A stretch of DNA of 64,000 bases from Felis catus (lineage: Eukaryota), in the NCBI RefSeq assembly GCF_018350175.1, contig NC_058383.1, positions 3,348,001 to 3,412,000 on the forward strand, given 5' to 3'. The notes under the pieces are model-generated. The model was not told the DNA's origin. It did not search any database and saw nothing but the letters and a program-made list of their open reading frames with translations. Within the stretch, counting starts at the first letter, position 1. Each line of letters starts with the position of its first letter. Positions 34,817-47,463 of this stretch are shown piece by piece. Both the position numbers and the translations under genes were made by a program.

Positions 34817-36254
34817 GAGAACCGTAATTAACCAGAGGCAAATGTTGACTTCTTCACTTGGTCGTTTTTTTTTTTTTTTTCCTTTTCCCTCACGTCCCTT
34901 CCATCGGACCATGGAGGTAGATATCGACTTTAACATTCACTGATGAATATGGGGCATGACCTACACACAAGGGCCTTGACGGGACGCTGCTCCTGCATCG
35001 TTAGAATACAAATATTGCTGCTGTCATGATTATTGATGGAGGAAATGCGGCTGAATGTGAACATTTGAGTGTATGCAGTGAAGACCGCCTTGAAAAGAGA
35101 CTGTAAATCTCTGCGGTGTGTCTTTAGGCCCGGTCTACACACGACCAAAGCCCAGTGAAGGGGTCTGCGTCCTCCAGTGAGGATGCCGCCCTGGCCTCAG
35201 CCAGAGCAGGTGTTCGGGCAAATTGTGGCCGCCTGAGTGGCCCCGGTGATTGCAGAGTTGGGGCCACACTTTACCCTCATTGAGAGACCTTCGGTCTTTG
35301 CCCCTCGCTCACTTCTCGGAAAGGGTGTTTCCCCTTCTCCTTTCCCTCTCTTAGGCTCCGCTCTGTTTCGAAGCCCCCGACGGTATAGGAGGCATGCCAA
35401 GCTGTACTGTCTACCTTCAACACAGTTACGGTGAAAATAATACACTCTGGGAAGACCGTGCCCAGAAATTAATTATCACGCAGCAAATGAATGCTACAGC
35501 CTTTTGTTATCGTGATAATGAAATCACTACCGCCTTCATACTGGATGAATCTGGCCACACCACTGTTGAAGTTTCGCTGAATAAACCGAGAAAAATATTG
35601 CAGTGTACTCTCCAAGGAGATTCACTGTTTAATACACCCACTATTTTTTGTTGAATAAGCGAGGGGAGTATGTAGAGATATACAAGCAGTGGACTTTCCT
35701 CTGCAACTAAAGATGGATGAGGGGCCCTTTTTCTTTCTTCTCTTACCTATTATTTAGCCTTCCATTGAAGTAGTAAATCTATATTTTGGAGAAGAGAACT
35801 GCTAAGACTTTAAAGAAATATGTTAATAGGCTGTCATGACAGAGGCCCTGACACAGGCCGGATGCCTGGCTGTGGCACTTTATTTGACATGCTTCATGCG
35901 TTGGTGCTTAGTTTAGATACTGAAGCAAACTGGCCTATAAAATACTGTGCTGTAAATATAAACCTTTATGAACCTCTTGGGATCGTCCTTCTAAAACGTG
36001 AATTAAGATATTCCATGATTCAAGCCCATAAACGAAAAAGTAGCCATCACCCTGAGTAGTAATTTGCTTTCTCAAACCTTAGAATATAAATTGCCTTTGG
36101 CCTGTGCTCGCCGAATTCTGAGTCTATGTGCATGATGGTAACTAATGAACTTTTTGGAAATACTTTTCAAAAGGAGTCCAAGCTTTTTCAGGCTATACAG
36201 GTCATCTGAAATACACCTCTTTTGCTTAGGGGTATTTTTTTTTCTTGTTTAAAG

Positions 36255-36338
36255 AGCCACCGTATTTTACCGCTGAGCCCGAGCGTCGGATTTTAGTGGA
36301 CGTGGAAGAAACCGTGGACATCGTCTGTCGAGCAATGG
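36255..36338 (+). CDS. SDK1: SDK1 exon ~8 (84 nt, phase 1-1), first part of Ig4
   Basis: Acceptor ttttcttgtttaaag|AG, donor ATGG|gtgagt; translates (E)PPYFTAEPERRILVDVEETVDIVCRAM(G). Confidence 0.96.
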
Positions 36339-36464
36339 GTGAGTGTGGGGAGGCTGCTCCCCACGCAGCCGTGACGTGGAGGGGCATTTTCCAGGGCGGG
36401 ATCCTCATCGTTATGGGGACACATATTGACAGTGACGTCAATCACAGGGCCTCTGGAACATAGC

Positions 36465-36560
36465 AGACCTCTGTTACTGGGCATGTGACCTTGAGGCAGG
36501 TTTTTGGCCTTGCTGAGCCTTTGCTTCCTCCCCTGCAGAGCAGAGATAGTACCTGTCACC
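36465..36560 (+). mobile_element. MIR fragment just downstream of exon 8
   Basis: tgtgaccttgaggcagg...ctgagcctttgcttcctcccctgca...atagtacct. Confidence 0.55.
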
Positions 36561-37696
36561 CACAGGAGCGACAGGGAGGCCTTAACCCCATCCGTCCCGA
36601 CAGAGACAGACAGTCTTGTCTTCCAGTGCTCTGATTCCACCAGTGTGCCCCCCAAGACTTGGGGCAAGAACTTCTTTCTCGTCCGTGGGGTGATTGAGGC
36701 TCACGCCTATGTGTTCTCCTTAGTAAGAGAGATGGTTTTAAATTCTTTGCACAGGAAATTCTTCCTTTTTTTTTTTTTTTTTGCCTTTCCAGTTTTGGGT
36801 TGACTTTTTCTTTGTTATTCCAGTAATTTCCCCCCTCGTCCCCATGCCTTGATTATGAGCTGTCCATAGTCTCCATTGCCTGTCAGGCAGCACAAATAAT
36901 TATACTAAAACCCATAACTGAGACAAGCTTTTTAAAGGCAATTTCATTAACAATAGCTATGCTAGTGCTCTGGAAACTGTCAGTGAAAAAGGACATTTTT
37001 TTAATGTTTAAACCTGTCCATCTTATGGCTGGGTATTTTATTCTAAGAGCTCGGAGAGTAAGGATTGCTCACGATTTTGTAAATCTTCAAAACAGCTTCA
37101 TAAAAGAGATACTATTATCTCAGAGTACACATTTGAAAACAAGACCTTAGAAAGCGAGGGTAAGTAACGTGCTCAAGGCACAGAGCCAGGGGGATGAAAT
37201 GAGCTACTTATAAAATCATGGCCCGGCATCTCGCATGCAGGAGCATCTCATTAAATCTGGACCACCTGCTGGGGGTCACGTGGCAGTGGAGGCAGGATCC
37301 AAACCCAAACCCATCAGCTACCAAAGCAAGGGCTTTGGCCAGCTTCTCCCAAAGAGCTGAGGTCCTGGGACCCAGGGCACATGTCCACCAGTCCCCAGGT
37401 CCAGGCATGTCGTTCTTCGTTTCTGAAAAGTAGTGGTGTCCTGTGAACAGCCCTGATGGTTCCTGTAGTGATCGGTGTCTGCCGTGGGCACCTCTACCCA
37501 CCGTGCTTCGGCCCAGAGGGCGTTGGCTGAGGGGCTCGGTTCTCAGCCCCTGGTCAGCTCACAGCAGCCCTGCTGACCTGTCCTGCTCGTGCCCTCCTCT
37601 GGTCTGGCTCTGCCCAGGCCTCCTGGGGAGGGGCAGAGGAGAGTGATGTGAGCGACATGGAAAGCTCTCCCTAGCTACGGGTTGTATTGTTCTCTC

Positions 37697-37910
37697 TTTT
37701 TTTATTTTTATTTTTTCATTTTATTTATTTATTTAGAGAGAGAATGCACACAAGTAGGGGAGGGGCAGAGAGAGAGGGAGAGAGAGAGAGAATCGCAAGC
37801 AGGCTCCATGCTGCCATCACAGAGCCCAACGTGGGGCTCCATCCCGTGAACCACGAGATCATGACCTCAGCTGAAATCAAGAGTCGGATGCTCAACCGAC
37901 TGAGCGCCCC
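37697..37910 (-). mobile_element. Can-SINE (older subfamily), antisense, about 9 nt deleted from the head
   Basis: T-rich tail, (AG)n tract, aatcgcaagcaggctccatgctg...gaaatcaagagtcggatgctcaaccgactgagcgcccc (lacks cacccaggc); TSD-like tgttctct on both sides. Confidence 0.93.
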
Positions 37911-40009
37911 TGTTCTCTTTTTTCGCATAAACCTATCTTTTTGAGGTCCACGATGGTCTGAAAGTGAAGCTATGCAGTATTTAGGGTGCTCGGATTTTAG
38001 AAGGCAGAGTCTGCAATCCTGCAGGGGATAAGATTTCCTTTTATGCCACTAAATTGCCCTAAAATAGAAAGGCACTGAGTTCCCCATATCCTAACAATTA
38101 TTTTTCGATAAATGACAATCTTAAGCTCTTCCCTTGACAAGAGAATGCTTTTTTTGCATGATTTCTACAGGGTGAACTGCTTGTTATCATACAGACTTGT
38201 AAATATGTATCGAACAGGCCTTTCAACGCTGCCATCGTATAATTTACTGCTTTCTTTTAATTTTGACAATGAAACGATAGCAGTATGCGAAGTGGTTATT
38301 CTTCATGAAAGCTACATCGTGTAATTGCTATTATGAGATTTTACATGAATTGGTTATGCTTTTACCTTGAAATGGATTTTTTTTTAATTTCCTGATTTAA
38401 TGAAAAGTGACAGGAAACATAATTAAGGCAAAGAACAGAATCTGAGAATACATTATCTTGAAATATTTCACAACGTTAACTTTATTTATTAAAGAAGACA
38501 TCTTACACCTACATAGCATCTGAAATCAAGTGATTTTGGTGTGCTTTTCACCATGAATCACTGCCGACACGTGCTTTACTTAAATTAATTTCACGCGTAG
38601 AGAAACTGAGGTACGGAAGCAGCCGGGACATCTCTGCGCATTTCCCACGGGCCCACGGCAAGCATACGTGTGCCCACCACGGTTCGGGATGCCGTGGTCT
38701 GGTGCCGTGGTGGAGTTTCTGTGCACAGCCTGTCGCGTCTTCCCAGCTTACCCGTGTTGGGCGGCTTGGGAGGGCCAGGGAGCGGTGGCCACCACTGTCA
38801 GTCACCCAAGCCTCCCAGGGCAGCTGCCCAGGGAAGGAACGTGGCCTCTGCCCAGTCACGGTTTGTCCCGTGCAGCGAGGCGCCGGGCGGGGGGGGGAAA
38901 GGGGGACGCACTGTGCGCACCCTCATCGCCTGGGCTCCGTGTGCTGAGCAGAGCCACGTGGGGGGTGAGCGGCAGGGGGCTTCATGCTCTCGGCCAAGGA
39001 CAGTCCCTTCGTGTACAACAAGGGCTCTGCCCTTGTGAGCTTGTCCTTTGTCCTCCTTGTAGACCCTTCCCAAACCCAACGGCACCCTCCATCAGATGGC
39101 GCGGAGCTCCGGTCCCTCTGACCGAGGCCTGGGTTGTCTCCGTCACATCGCCAGGGTGAGGAAGGGACGCTCAGCCTCAGACTGACCCTCCCGTCCCCCG
39201 GTCAGTGTTGGCCCCGCCCAGGCTGCCATTAGCTCCCAGGGGCAAGGATGGTGCCGTCCCGGCCCCTTCTTGCCACCTGCTGGACTCACATGCATCTCAG
39301 GGGCCAAGCGACTTCTCCCCTGTGCGCGGTCAAACACCAGTTGCACCTGAGGCGCCGGGCACTGACGTCAGCCATCGCCCCTCCGCCACGGCAGGCCTCC
39401 GCTTCCATCAGGGTGACGCCCAGCTCCCTAGGCGGGGGAGGGGTGAAGACACGGGGCACGTTTTTGGCTGTTGGCTGTAGTAATAGTCATTCTAGCCCCT
39501 GTGCACCCACCACCTGCCGGGCACGAAGAGATGCGTGTGTACCGACGCCATCCGTCTTCGCAGCAACATTCGGAGTTTGCAAGGGCCGCTTCCTTCCCAA
39601 GTGCGTCTCCGGCCCCCGTGACCCTACCCCCAGCCTCGAGGGGCAGCGTCAGCCCTGCGGAGCGACAGGGGCCTTTCTCCCCATCCCTTTCTGTCCGGAG
39701 GGCGGTCACAGCTGGGATCCCTTTCCCTCCCGACCAGAGCACAAACCTGCACAGGCTCCGGGAGTCCAGAACCATCTGCAGCCCAGCATCAGGAGTCCAC
39801 TTCCTCTCCTTGTGGTGCCCCTCTGTGTCCGCGTCTTCACAGAGATGAGAAAAATAACACCATACGAGTTGGACGGAGGGGCTAAGAGATGAAAAAATGC
39901 CTACCAGCCTATCGCCATGCAGCCTTTGAGACATTTTTGCCTCAGTCCCCGTGTATAGTGCTTGGAATTTAATTTTTTCGAATGCCTGCTTCTTTCTACT
40001 CCTACACAG

Positions 40010-40204
40010 GGGTCCCTCTGCCCACTCTCCAGTGGTACAAGGATGCCGTCTCCATCGGCAAGCTCCACAATCCTCGATACAAGATGCTTGCGAGCGGAGG
40101 CCTGCGCATCCAGCATCTGCGTCCAGAGGACTCCGGAATCTTCCAGTGCTTTGCCAGTAACGAAGGAGGGGAGATCCAGACCTACACGTACCTGGACGTC
40201 ACCA
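40010..40204 (+). CDS. SDK1: SDK1 exon ~9 (195 nt, phase 1-1), second part of Ig4
   Basis: Acceptor ctttctactcctacacag|GG, donor ACCA|gtgagt; translates (G)VPLPTLQWYKDAVSIGKLHNPRYKMLASGGLRIQHLRPEDSGIFQCFASNEGGEIQTYTYLDVT(N). Confidence 0.97.
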
Positions 40205-41099
40205 GTGAGTACTGCCCGTCGGGAAAGACAGGCCATCCGGGCTGCGCCCTCGGGCCAGGGCTTCCCGACTTTTGGCTGAGTAGCATCTGCTCAGGTCAGC
40301 GGGCAGGGCGCAGTGGCCACGGCAGGGGCCCCGTCTCAGGCGGAGAGCAGCCCATGTGCTAAGCCCCTCCGCAGCCCCAGCAGGTACACCCTGCCCCCAC
40401 ATCCTGGTGCCCAACCTGCTCTTACACAAACCTTGATTTTTCGGCGCTCAAGCCGTCTTCTCCGCTGAGAAGTAGAAAAGAACAATGTGCGTTTTTCTGG
40501 ACAGAACTGGAAGAACTCTTCAGTGAATAGCTCATTCCCAAGCTTTTTCTTTTGATCGCTTTCCCATTTTTTATATCCATTTTCTATTTTAGTTTTATTG
40601 AACAATTATAGTTCTTCTGTAAGTTTCTTTTATTAGCCCATTAACAGAAATACTTTGGCACTCTGTCTTTGAAAAATAAGATAAAGGTAAAGGCTTTCAC
40701 TGTATCTGTGGGTTTTCTTTTTCATCTCCACAGCTGTAATATTGTTCTTCTAAAATGAAGCGGAATTTAGTGATGATGGGATCATACCTTTCACGTTTGC
40801 CCTTTTGGAGGCAAAATGCTGATATCCTCAGGTGTGAGAGCCATTTGAGAAAGCAAATCGTGTCAGTTACGCAGATGGCTCCTGTCTGCCAGAACGAATG
40901 AATTTAAGGAATCGTGTGTCTGTTTTGGTACGGTAGGGACCACTTCCTTGAATCTTGCCCAGGGGTCAAGTTTATCCTCTGGTTTGGACGACTGTAACAG
41001 TGGAAATAACAGTGGGTACTTAAGCCAGAAGCTGAGTTTTGATCAGTTAGGATTATTTAAAGCACATCTTAAAAGCGCCAGCCGGGAGCTTGTGGGGCT

Positions 41100-41834
41100 T
41101 TTCTTTTTCTTTTTTTTAGCCTGCATTTTAATTTCAGTGTAGTTAACATACAGTGTTGTGTCAGTTTCGGGTATACGGTACATCGACTCTACGATTCTGT
41201 TCCATCCTCCGTGCTCATCACGATGAGTGTGCTCTTCATCCGTCACCTGTTTCCCCCATCCCCCGCCCCCCTCCCCTCCGGCAACCACCAGTTTGTTCTC
41301 TGTCCTTGAGAGTCTGTTTTGAATCGGTGTTTTCGTATTCTTGGGGTAAATACCCAGGAGTAGAATGACTGGATCACAGGGTAGCTCTCTTTTTAACTTT
41401 TTGAGGAACCTCCGCACTGTTTGCCACAGTGGCTGCACCATTTGCATTCCCACCAGCAGTGCGAGAAGGTTCCTTTTTCTCCACATCCTTGCCAGCACTT
41501 GTTTCTTGTGTTGTTGATTTTAGCCGTTGTGACAGGTGGGAGGTGATGCCTCGTTGTAGTTTTGTTTTGCATTTCCCTGATGATCGGTGACGTTGAGCAT
41601 CTTTTCATGTGTCTGTTGGCCATCTGGATGTCTTTGGAGAAATGTCTGTTCATGTCTTCTGCCCGTGTTTTTAATTGGATTATTTGTTTAATTTAATTTA
41701 ATTGGATTATCTGGTTTTTTGGTGTTGAGGTGTAGAAGTTCGTTATATATTTTGGATGCTAACCAAAATATCAGTTATGTCATTTGCAAATATCTTCTCC
41801 CATCCAGTAGGTTGTCTTTTGGTTCTGTTGATTG
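41100..41834 (-). mobile_element. 5'-truncated carnivore L1 with internal deletion
   Basis: T tail and carnivore L1 3' UTR (gtagttaacatacagtgtt); ORF2 remnants [22 protein letters not shown] and [22 protein letters not shown]. Confidence 0.9.
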
Positions 41835-41835
41835 G

Positions 41836-42022
41836 AGCAAACTTTTTCTGTAAAAAGCCAGATAGTATTTTCAGCTCGGAGGGACGTGGTCTCTGTCACA
41901 GCCACTGGCTTCTGCTGTAGTGGCGTGGGAGCGGCACAGACAGTACTGAGCAAATGGACCTGGCTGTGTTTCAATAAAACTTTATTTATAGAAGCAGGCA
42001 ACAGGCTGTCGTTGCCTACCTT
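41836..42022 (-). mobile_element. MER58A-like hAT-Charlie MITE
   Basis: gcaaactttttctgtaaaaagccagatagta...ggtctctgtcaca...ggctgtgtttcaataaaactttattta. Confidence 0.85.
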
Positions 42023-42314
42023 TCTCTAGCGAGAGGCTTAGGACACATTCCTTAATTCTCAGCCTCAGTTTTATCACCAAAATTGAACCATCTCAGCCCA
42101 GTTCACAAGGTTCCTCCAAGGATCAGATGGGAAATTTAGATGAAAAGTGCTACCAAACTGGTTACCATGGCAGCTGGAGATTGAACAATAAATACATGAT
42201 AATGATACTGCTACATTCTCTGTTTTGTAAGTACACGGTTTTGCAAAATAGGCTTTTATTTCCAAATTAAAACCCTTTTAGTGAAAAGAAAATATAGTAG
42301 GTAAAGCAATCAAT

Positions 42315-42800
42315 ATTTATTCGTTCATTTCACAAACATTTAATTTAGCATCTCTGTCAGGCACTTGGGTCTGTCAGGCTCGGGGATGGAGCTCTGAGGA
42401 AGACACACGAGGTTCTCACCCTTCCAGGGCAGAGGTCATGAAGTGGGGAGACACGCAGGAGAGGAGGAGCTCGTCTAGCCAGGGATGAGGGCCATGAGAG
42501 GAGACAACAGGCCAGGCCCATGGTGACCCGGGAGGCACCTCTGAGGGCGCCCAGGGATCATTCCCTGAGACGGGACGGTGCGGGAGCTGAGGCCCGAAGG
42601 TGCAAAATCTTGGGGGATGTGCGTGTCATGGGGTGAGGGAGGGGACGCTGCAAGTGCCTTCGAGGAACAAGCTTGGGGATACAGGAGCCAGGGGTCATGG
42701 TAGGAGGTAGGCTGGAGGGGTCAAGGGCCAAGGCCCAGCGGGAGGCTTTCCAGGGCCTCCGGCAGGGAGTGGTGGGGTATCCTTCATAGGTCCCAAAGGG
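42315..42800 (-). mobile_element. L2 fragment
   Basis: ttcgttcatttcacaaacatttaatttagca...caggcact...ggggat is the reverse of the L2 3' end, followed by purine-rich degenerate body. Confidence 0.5.
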
Positions 42801-43696
42801 CACCCAAGGCTGGGTGTAGAGCGGCCAGCGCAGGGAGGAGCGGAAGGCTTGAGCCCAGGTAGGAGGCCGCTGCACTGTCCAGGTGGTGGCCCCACAGGTG
42901 CAAGGAAGCAGAGGGCTCTAGGCTACGCTTTGGGGATGGCACCCATGGCACCTATGAGGTTCGTAGGGACTCCCGCCTGGGGGAAGGCGGGCCGGCAGCA
43001 GGATCTGCTTCCCCCCGGGGAACCCCAGCCCAGGCTCCTGTTGGGCCCTCCCAGGGTTTGGGACACACAGATCCCTGCTCTTCGGCGATTTCCAGTTTAA
43101 TCATTCTCCAAGTGGTACACAGTCAGGTGAGCCCTCGCTGAAGCCGGCCTGAGCCGCCCTGGCTGTCTCGGTCCGATTCCGGGCTCCTGAGAGCTGGAGA
43201 CCCGTGCCGGCCCCCCAGGACAAGAAGGCCCCCCAGCAGTTGGGCCCACAACACTTCCTGGAAATCCTTTACCGAAGGGCTTCAAATCTGATTATTTCGT
43301 GAAAGTGTCATCTTGTGGTTAATATTTAATAGTCAAAAATTAGCTTTTTCTATTTTTTAAAGAGTAACGAAGGCAAGCTTGTTAGATTTATCTAAATAAA
43401 TGTCTTTCGTCTCATTACTGTTCTTCTGAAACAGCCCTTCCTGGGCCCCGGCACTTTGCCACCGCGTGTCCGTTACATCACGGACTGGGTTTCTCTCTGG
43501 GTTATAAACACAGATCGGCAGCTCCTGAGGGACAAGTAACTGAAGGTTATAGTCACTGCTGAAAGGTTTTCATCTTTTGTCGCTGCAGTTCTGTGTAATT
43601 AGTCCTATAAAAGTCCATATGGGCCACCCCCAGCAGGCGGGTCTGGGCTCGTCCAGGGGGCACACCCTGAGAATGTCACTGTTCGCTCCCGCTTAG

Positions 43697-43813
43697 ATGT
43701 CGCCCCGGCGTTCACGCAGCTGCCAGTGGACACCACGGTCACCGACGGGATGACAGCCACTCTGAGGTGCGAGGTGTCCGGGGCGCCCAAGCCCGCCATC
43801 ACGTGGAGGAGAG
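43697..43813 (+). CDS. SDK1: SDK1 exon ~10 (117 nt, phase 1-1), first part of Ig5
   Basis: Acceptor gttcgctcccgcttag|AT, donor AGAG|gtgggt; translates (N)VAPAFTQLPVDTTVTDGMTATLRCEVSGAPKPAITWRR(G). Not listed on the + strand in the ORF track; read directly from the sequence. Confidence 0.96.
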
Positions 43814-44294
43814 GTGGGTAGCCTGCGTGGCCCCCATAGCCTGGCCACCTTGGGAAAGGAGCCCCTGGGCCAAGGCTCGTGTTCTCAGCCCCCTACCCCC
43901 ACCGCCTGCCTTCAGTCAGTAAGGATGAGTAGCCGTCTGTCGAGCACCTGCTGGGTGCGGGTGCCGGGTGAGTAAGAAGGACAGTGCCCTGTAAGCTTCA
44001 CAGAGCTTACGTCTCCAAGAGCAAACAGACTTTTTCCAAAATGTGTGAATATCGCTGTGTTCTGCCTAAGCCCTTCACAGGCCACCTTAGGCGTGTGAGG
44101 GGCTGCCTGAAATATAGGTACTGGATCTGGAGAAGTGCTTCCAGGACTCAGTTTCTCCATTTATGAAGTGAAGGCAATATTCGAAATGAAGAATAATACC
44201 CTTGTTTCTTTAAGAAAGAAAGGTGCCTAGGATGCACACCTGAAACTAACAGGATATGGATGCCATTTGTACCTGGTTTTACAAAAGGCAGAGA

Positions 44295-44512
44295 GGGACG
44301 CCTCAGTGGTTCAGTCACTTAAGCATCTCACTCTTCATTTCGGCTCAAGTCATGATCTCACCATTTGCAGGATTGAGCCCCATGTTGGGCTCTGCGCTGA
44401 CAGCATGGAGTCTGCTTGGGATTCTCTCTCCCTCTCTCTCTCTCTCCCCCTCCCCTGTGCATTCTCTCTCTCTCTCCCTCTCTCTCTCAAAATAAACACA
44501 AACATTAAAAAA
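44295..44512 (+). mobile_element. Can-SINE (older subfamily)
   Basis: gggacgcctcagtggttcagtcacttaagc...ctgacagcatggagtctgcttgggattc, CT tract, A tail; TSD aaaaggcagaga / aaaaagcagaga. Confidence 0.93.
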
Positions 44513-45331
44513 AAAGCAGAGAAACCAGAGACTGGATTCTGCCAAGGCTCAAAGTCTGAAGCATTCATGGACACCAAGACTCAGAAGGACCTTCCAAGAT
44601 CCCTTCCCTGTGTGTAACTTAGCAGAGTGACGTCAAAGGCAGAGAGCTTTACTAAAATAGAAAAGCGGAGAGAGGGAAAGATGGTTCTAGCACAGGCTCA
44701 TCTGACACGTAACCCTCTCCATTCTACCTGTTTTCCGTCCCCATGAGGAGGGGCATCACGTCATGGGCTTTCTCTGTGGTTCCCAGGCCCTTCCACACGA
44801 AGGCACACATGTCCCTCAGTGAACAGCACACACGATCCATTCTTAACAAATATATGCTGACCTGTGTGGGTTCACACAAATGAGCTGGTCACGCTCGGAG
44901 CGCCCTCCTCTGGGTGAACCACGTAGAGGCTTCTCACCTCTCCCAGCATGTGACTCCTGCACCCAGACCAGAGCTGTTAAACATGCAGGTCAGTAAGCAA
45001 GAGGGGGTTCTTCTCTTTTATGTATACATTTTTTCTCCCAATTTAGAATGTGTGATAGCTTTGTATAGAAAATGTGCAGATGTATACAGGTATAAAGAAA
45101 AGTCAGAGTCAGCCACCAAAGAACAGTCGCACACATACACGGACGTAACTGGTTTAACCCGTTTTCTCAGTATTGCACAATTAAGATTTTCTTGGTCTCC
45201 GTCATCCTAAATAATGCGAAAGGAAACTGCTTTGGTTATTTTTGCACATACGGTTTCCACCTTGTTATGATTATTTCAAGTTATTTTCTTGGTTTTGGTG
45301 CTGACATTCCCGTTTCTCTACTTTTCTTCAG

Positions 45332-45499
45332 GGAAACATATTTTGGCCAGTGGCTCTGTGCGCATTCCTAGGTTTATGCTTCTGGAATCCGGGGGTCTGC
45401 AGATAACCCCCGTCTTCATCCAGGATGCTGGCAACTACACCTGCTATGCCACCAACACGGAGGGGTCCCTGAGCGCGTCTGCAGCACTGACTGTGTGGA
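45332..45499 (+). CDS. SDK1: SDK1 exon ~11 (168 nt, phase 1-1), second part of Ig5
   Basis: Acceptor ctacttttcttcag|GG, donor TGGA|gtaagg; translates (G)KHILASGSVRIPRFMLLESGGLQITPVFIQDAGNYTCYATNTEGSLSASAALTVW(N). Confidence 0.97.
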
Positions 45500-47360
45500 G
45501 TAAGGACCACAGGCCACGTGGAACCTTCTGTTCATTATGGCTTAATCATCATGTCAGCTGTGCTTAGGGGATGTCAATACGCCCTTGGACTCTCTAATTT
45601 AATCAAAAGATAATGATTATTTTTACAACTAATTTATAGAAATCTGTTGAGTAATTAATTTTTCAGTTTCTAAAAGAATAATTAGAAAATGTATTCAAAG
45701 ATTTAATGGGACATTTCAGGAGAGATTAAAGATTGACTTTTTAAAGTCAGTGGAGTAGGAGATGTTATCCCAAACTAGCCCAAACAACAAAACTGATAGG
45801 TTGATTAATTTTATAAGCATTGTGTAAGAATTAACAGTTAAGAGTCAAGAGATAACATTTTATAGAAAGTATGTTTTTTCTGTAATATCATTTTAACCAA
45901 CTAAAACACTCTTAGTATATTAAACATGAGTGTTTTTTATATCTTAGGAGTGAATTGAAAATTTTTGATTTCTCCAGCTTTTTGTCTTTATCTGTAACAC
46001 AGGTTTCTGAACTGGAGAATGATTTGTTTTCCAGACATAAGGATTCATTACCAAGTATCTCTGCCCCACCTTTAACTTCACTTCCCGGTGTACTTTTTCA
46101 TCTCTGCTTCATCCATAATCTATAGGACTAAAAAAAAAAATCGTTGTTCAAAAAAGCAAAAGATAGTGCTCACTGATCTTTGTAAAGCTTATCTCTATGA
46201 AGAGAGAAAAATTTAACTGGCATCAGTGACTCATTTGTCCAAACACCGTCCTTAAAGAGAACCTGAACTATCGTGCTTTATTTCATGTCCACTTGGTTCT
46301 CTCTGGTACAGTTTGTGTCCACTTTGAGAAATGACCCCTTCTAATTTATTTAGGTGTTATAAAAACACCAGGACTTTTAAAGAGGCACAAATTCGAATTC
46401 CCCCAATATTCTCCGGTACCAAAAAAGAGGTCTTGTCCCATCTCGTGGCACACTCCGTTGACCATTTCTGATTTGTCTTGCGTCCCTAACATGTGAACCT
46501 GACATTTAACAGCTTGTGAAGAACTATGTCTGCGTCTCTGTAGGTCACCCTCCAGAAAGTTCTGTAGATCTGCTAAGATTCAAAACCTCGCAACACTAGA
46601 GTGATGGGCGTGCTCTCGGGGAGCCTGCAGAGCACGTCCCACCCTTTACCTACTCTCTTCTGTGCGGTTGCGGGGGATTCCCCCCTCCCCCTTCCGCAGA
46701 CACCCAGTTTAAAGCTCAGGTCTTTTCTGGGACACCGCGCTCCAGGCGGTCAGGCTGGGCCCCGACCTAGTCTAAGGACTCCCATGTTCTGGGCTCTGTT
46801 CCTTGGGGCCAGAGCAGGGTCCAACTCACAGGTGCACGGTGGGGGGGTTCACCGGCCACAGGGCTGTCGCCGGGCCTTTCTTGGCGAGCCACTGCACTTC
46901 TGAGCGCCACTCTCTAGTCCTGGAAGCTGGGAGTGGTGCTGTCACAGACCCCACGAGGTTGTGTGAGCATTAAATAGAACAATACAAATGGAAGCACTTT
47001 GCAAAGTCATGACGTGCTATGCAGACAGCAGAAATGACCAGAATGTTAATAATCTTGGGAAAGAACCACGGTTTTAACCTAAGACCGCAGAACCTAATGA
47101 ATATTTGCATACGGTCTGCGTTCTCCTCAGGAGGGTTGAGAGGCTGGGGAGCAGCCCCAGAGGGGAGGGGAGGCCTGACTGCCCTGGCCGCGCCGTGGAG
47201 AGCTTGCTTCCAATTCCCTGAGTGCTTCCATTTACGTTCGTTTTGCCAAGATCAGAGAAAACTTGGAGGCTTTTATGTTAGGTGACCAATTCATTCCCCC
47301 CTGAGGGAGGAAAGTCTCAAGCATGTAATTCTGTCTGAGTTGTGACTTGTGTTTTCCCAG

Positions 47361-47463
47361 ATCGTACGTCCATCGTTAACCCTCCCGAGGACCGCGTGGT
47401 GATTAAGGGGACCACGGCCACTCTGCACTGCGGAGCCACTCATGACCCCCGGATCACTCTCCG
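47361..47463 (+). CDS. SDK1: SDK1 exon ~12 (103 nt, phase 1-2), first part of Ig6
   Basis: Acceptor cttgtgttttcccag|AT, donor CTCCG|gtcagt; translates (N)RTSIVNPPEDRVVIKGTTATLHCGATHDPRITL(R). Confidence 0.96.

Noticed and set aside
39248..39934. Overlapping 125-214-aa ORFs upstream of exon 9
   Set aside because: GC-rich intron with few stop codons; Pro/Ala/Arg-rich, no domain, and open on both strands.
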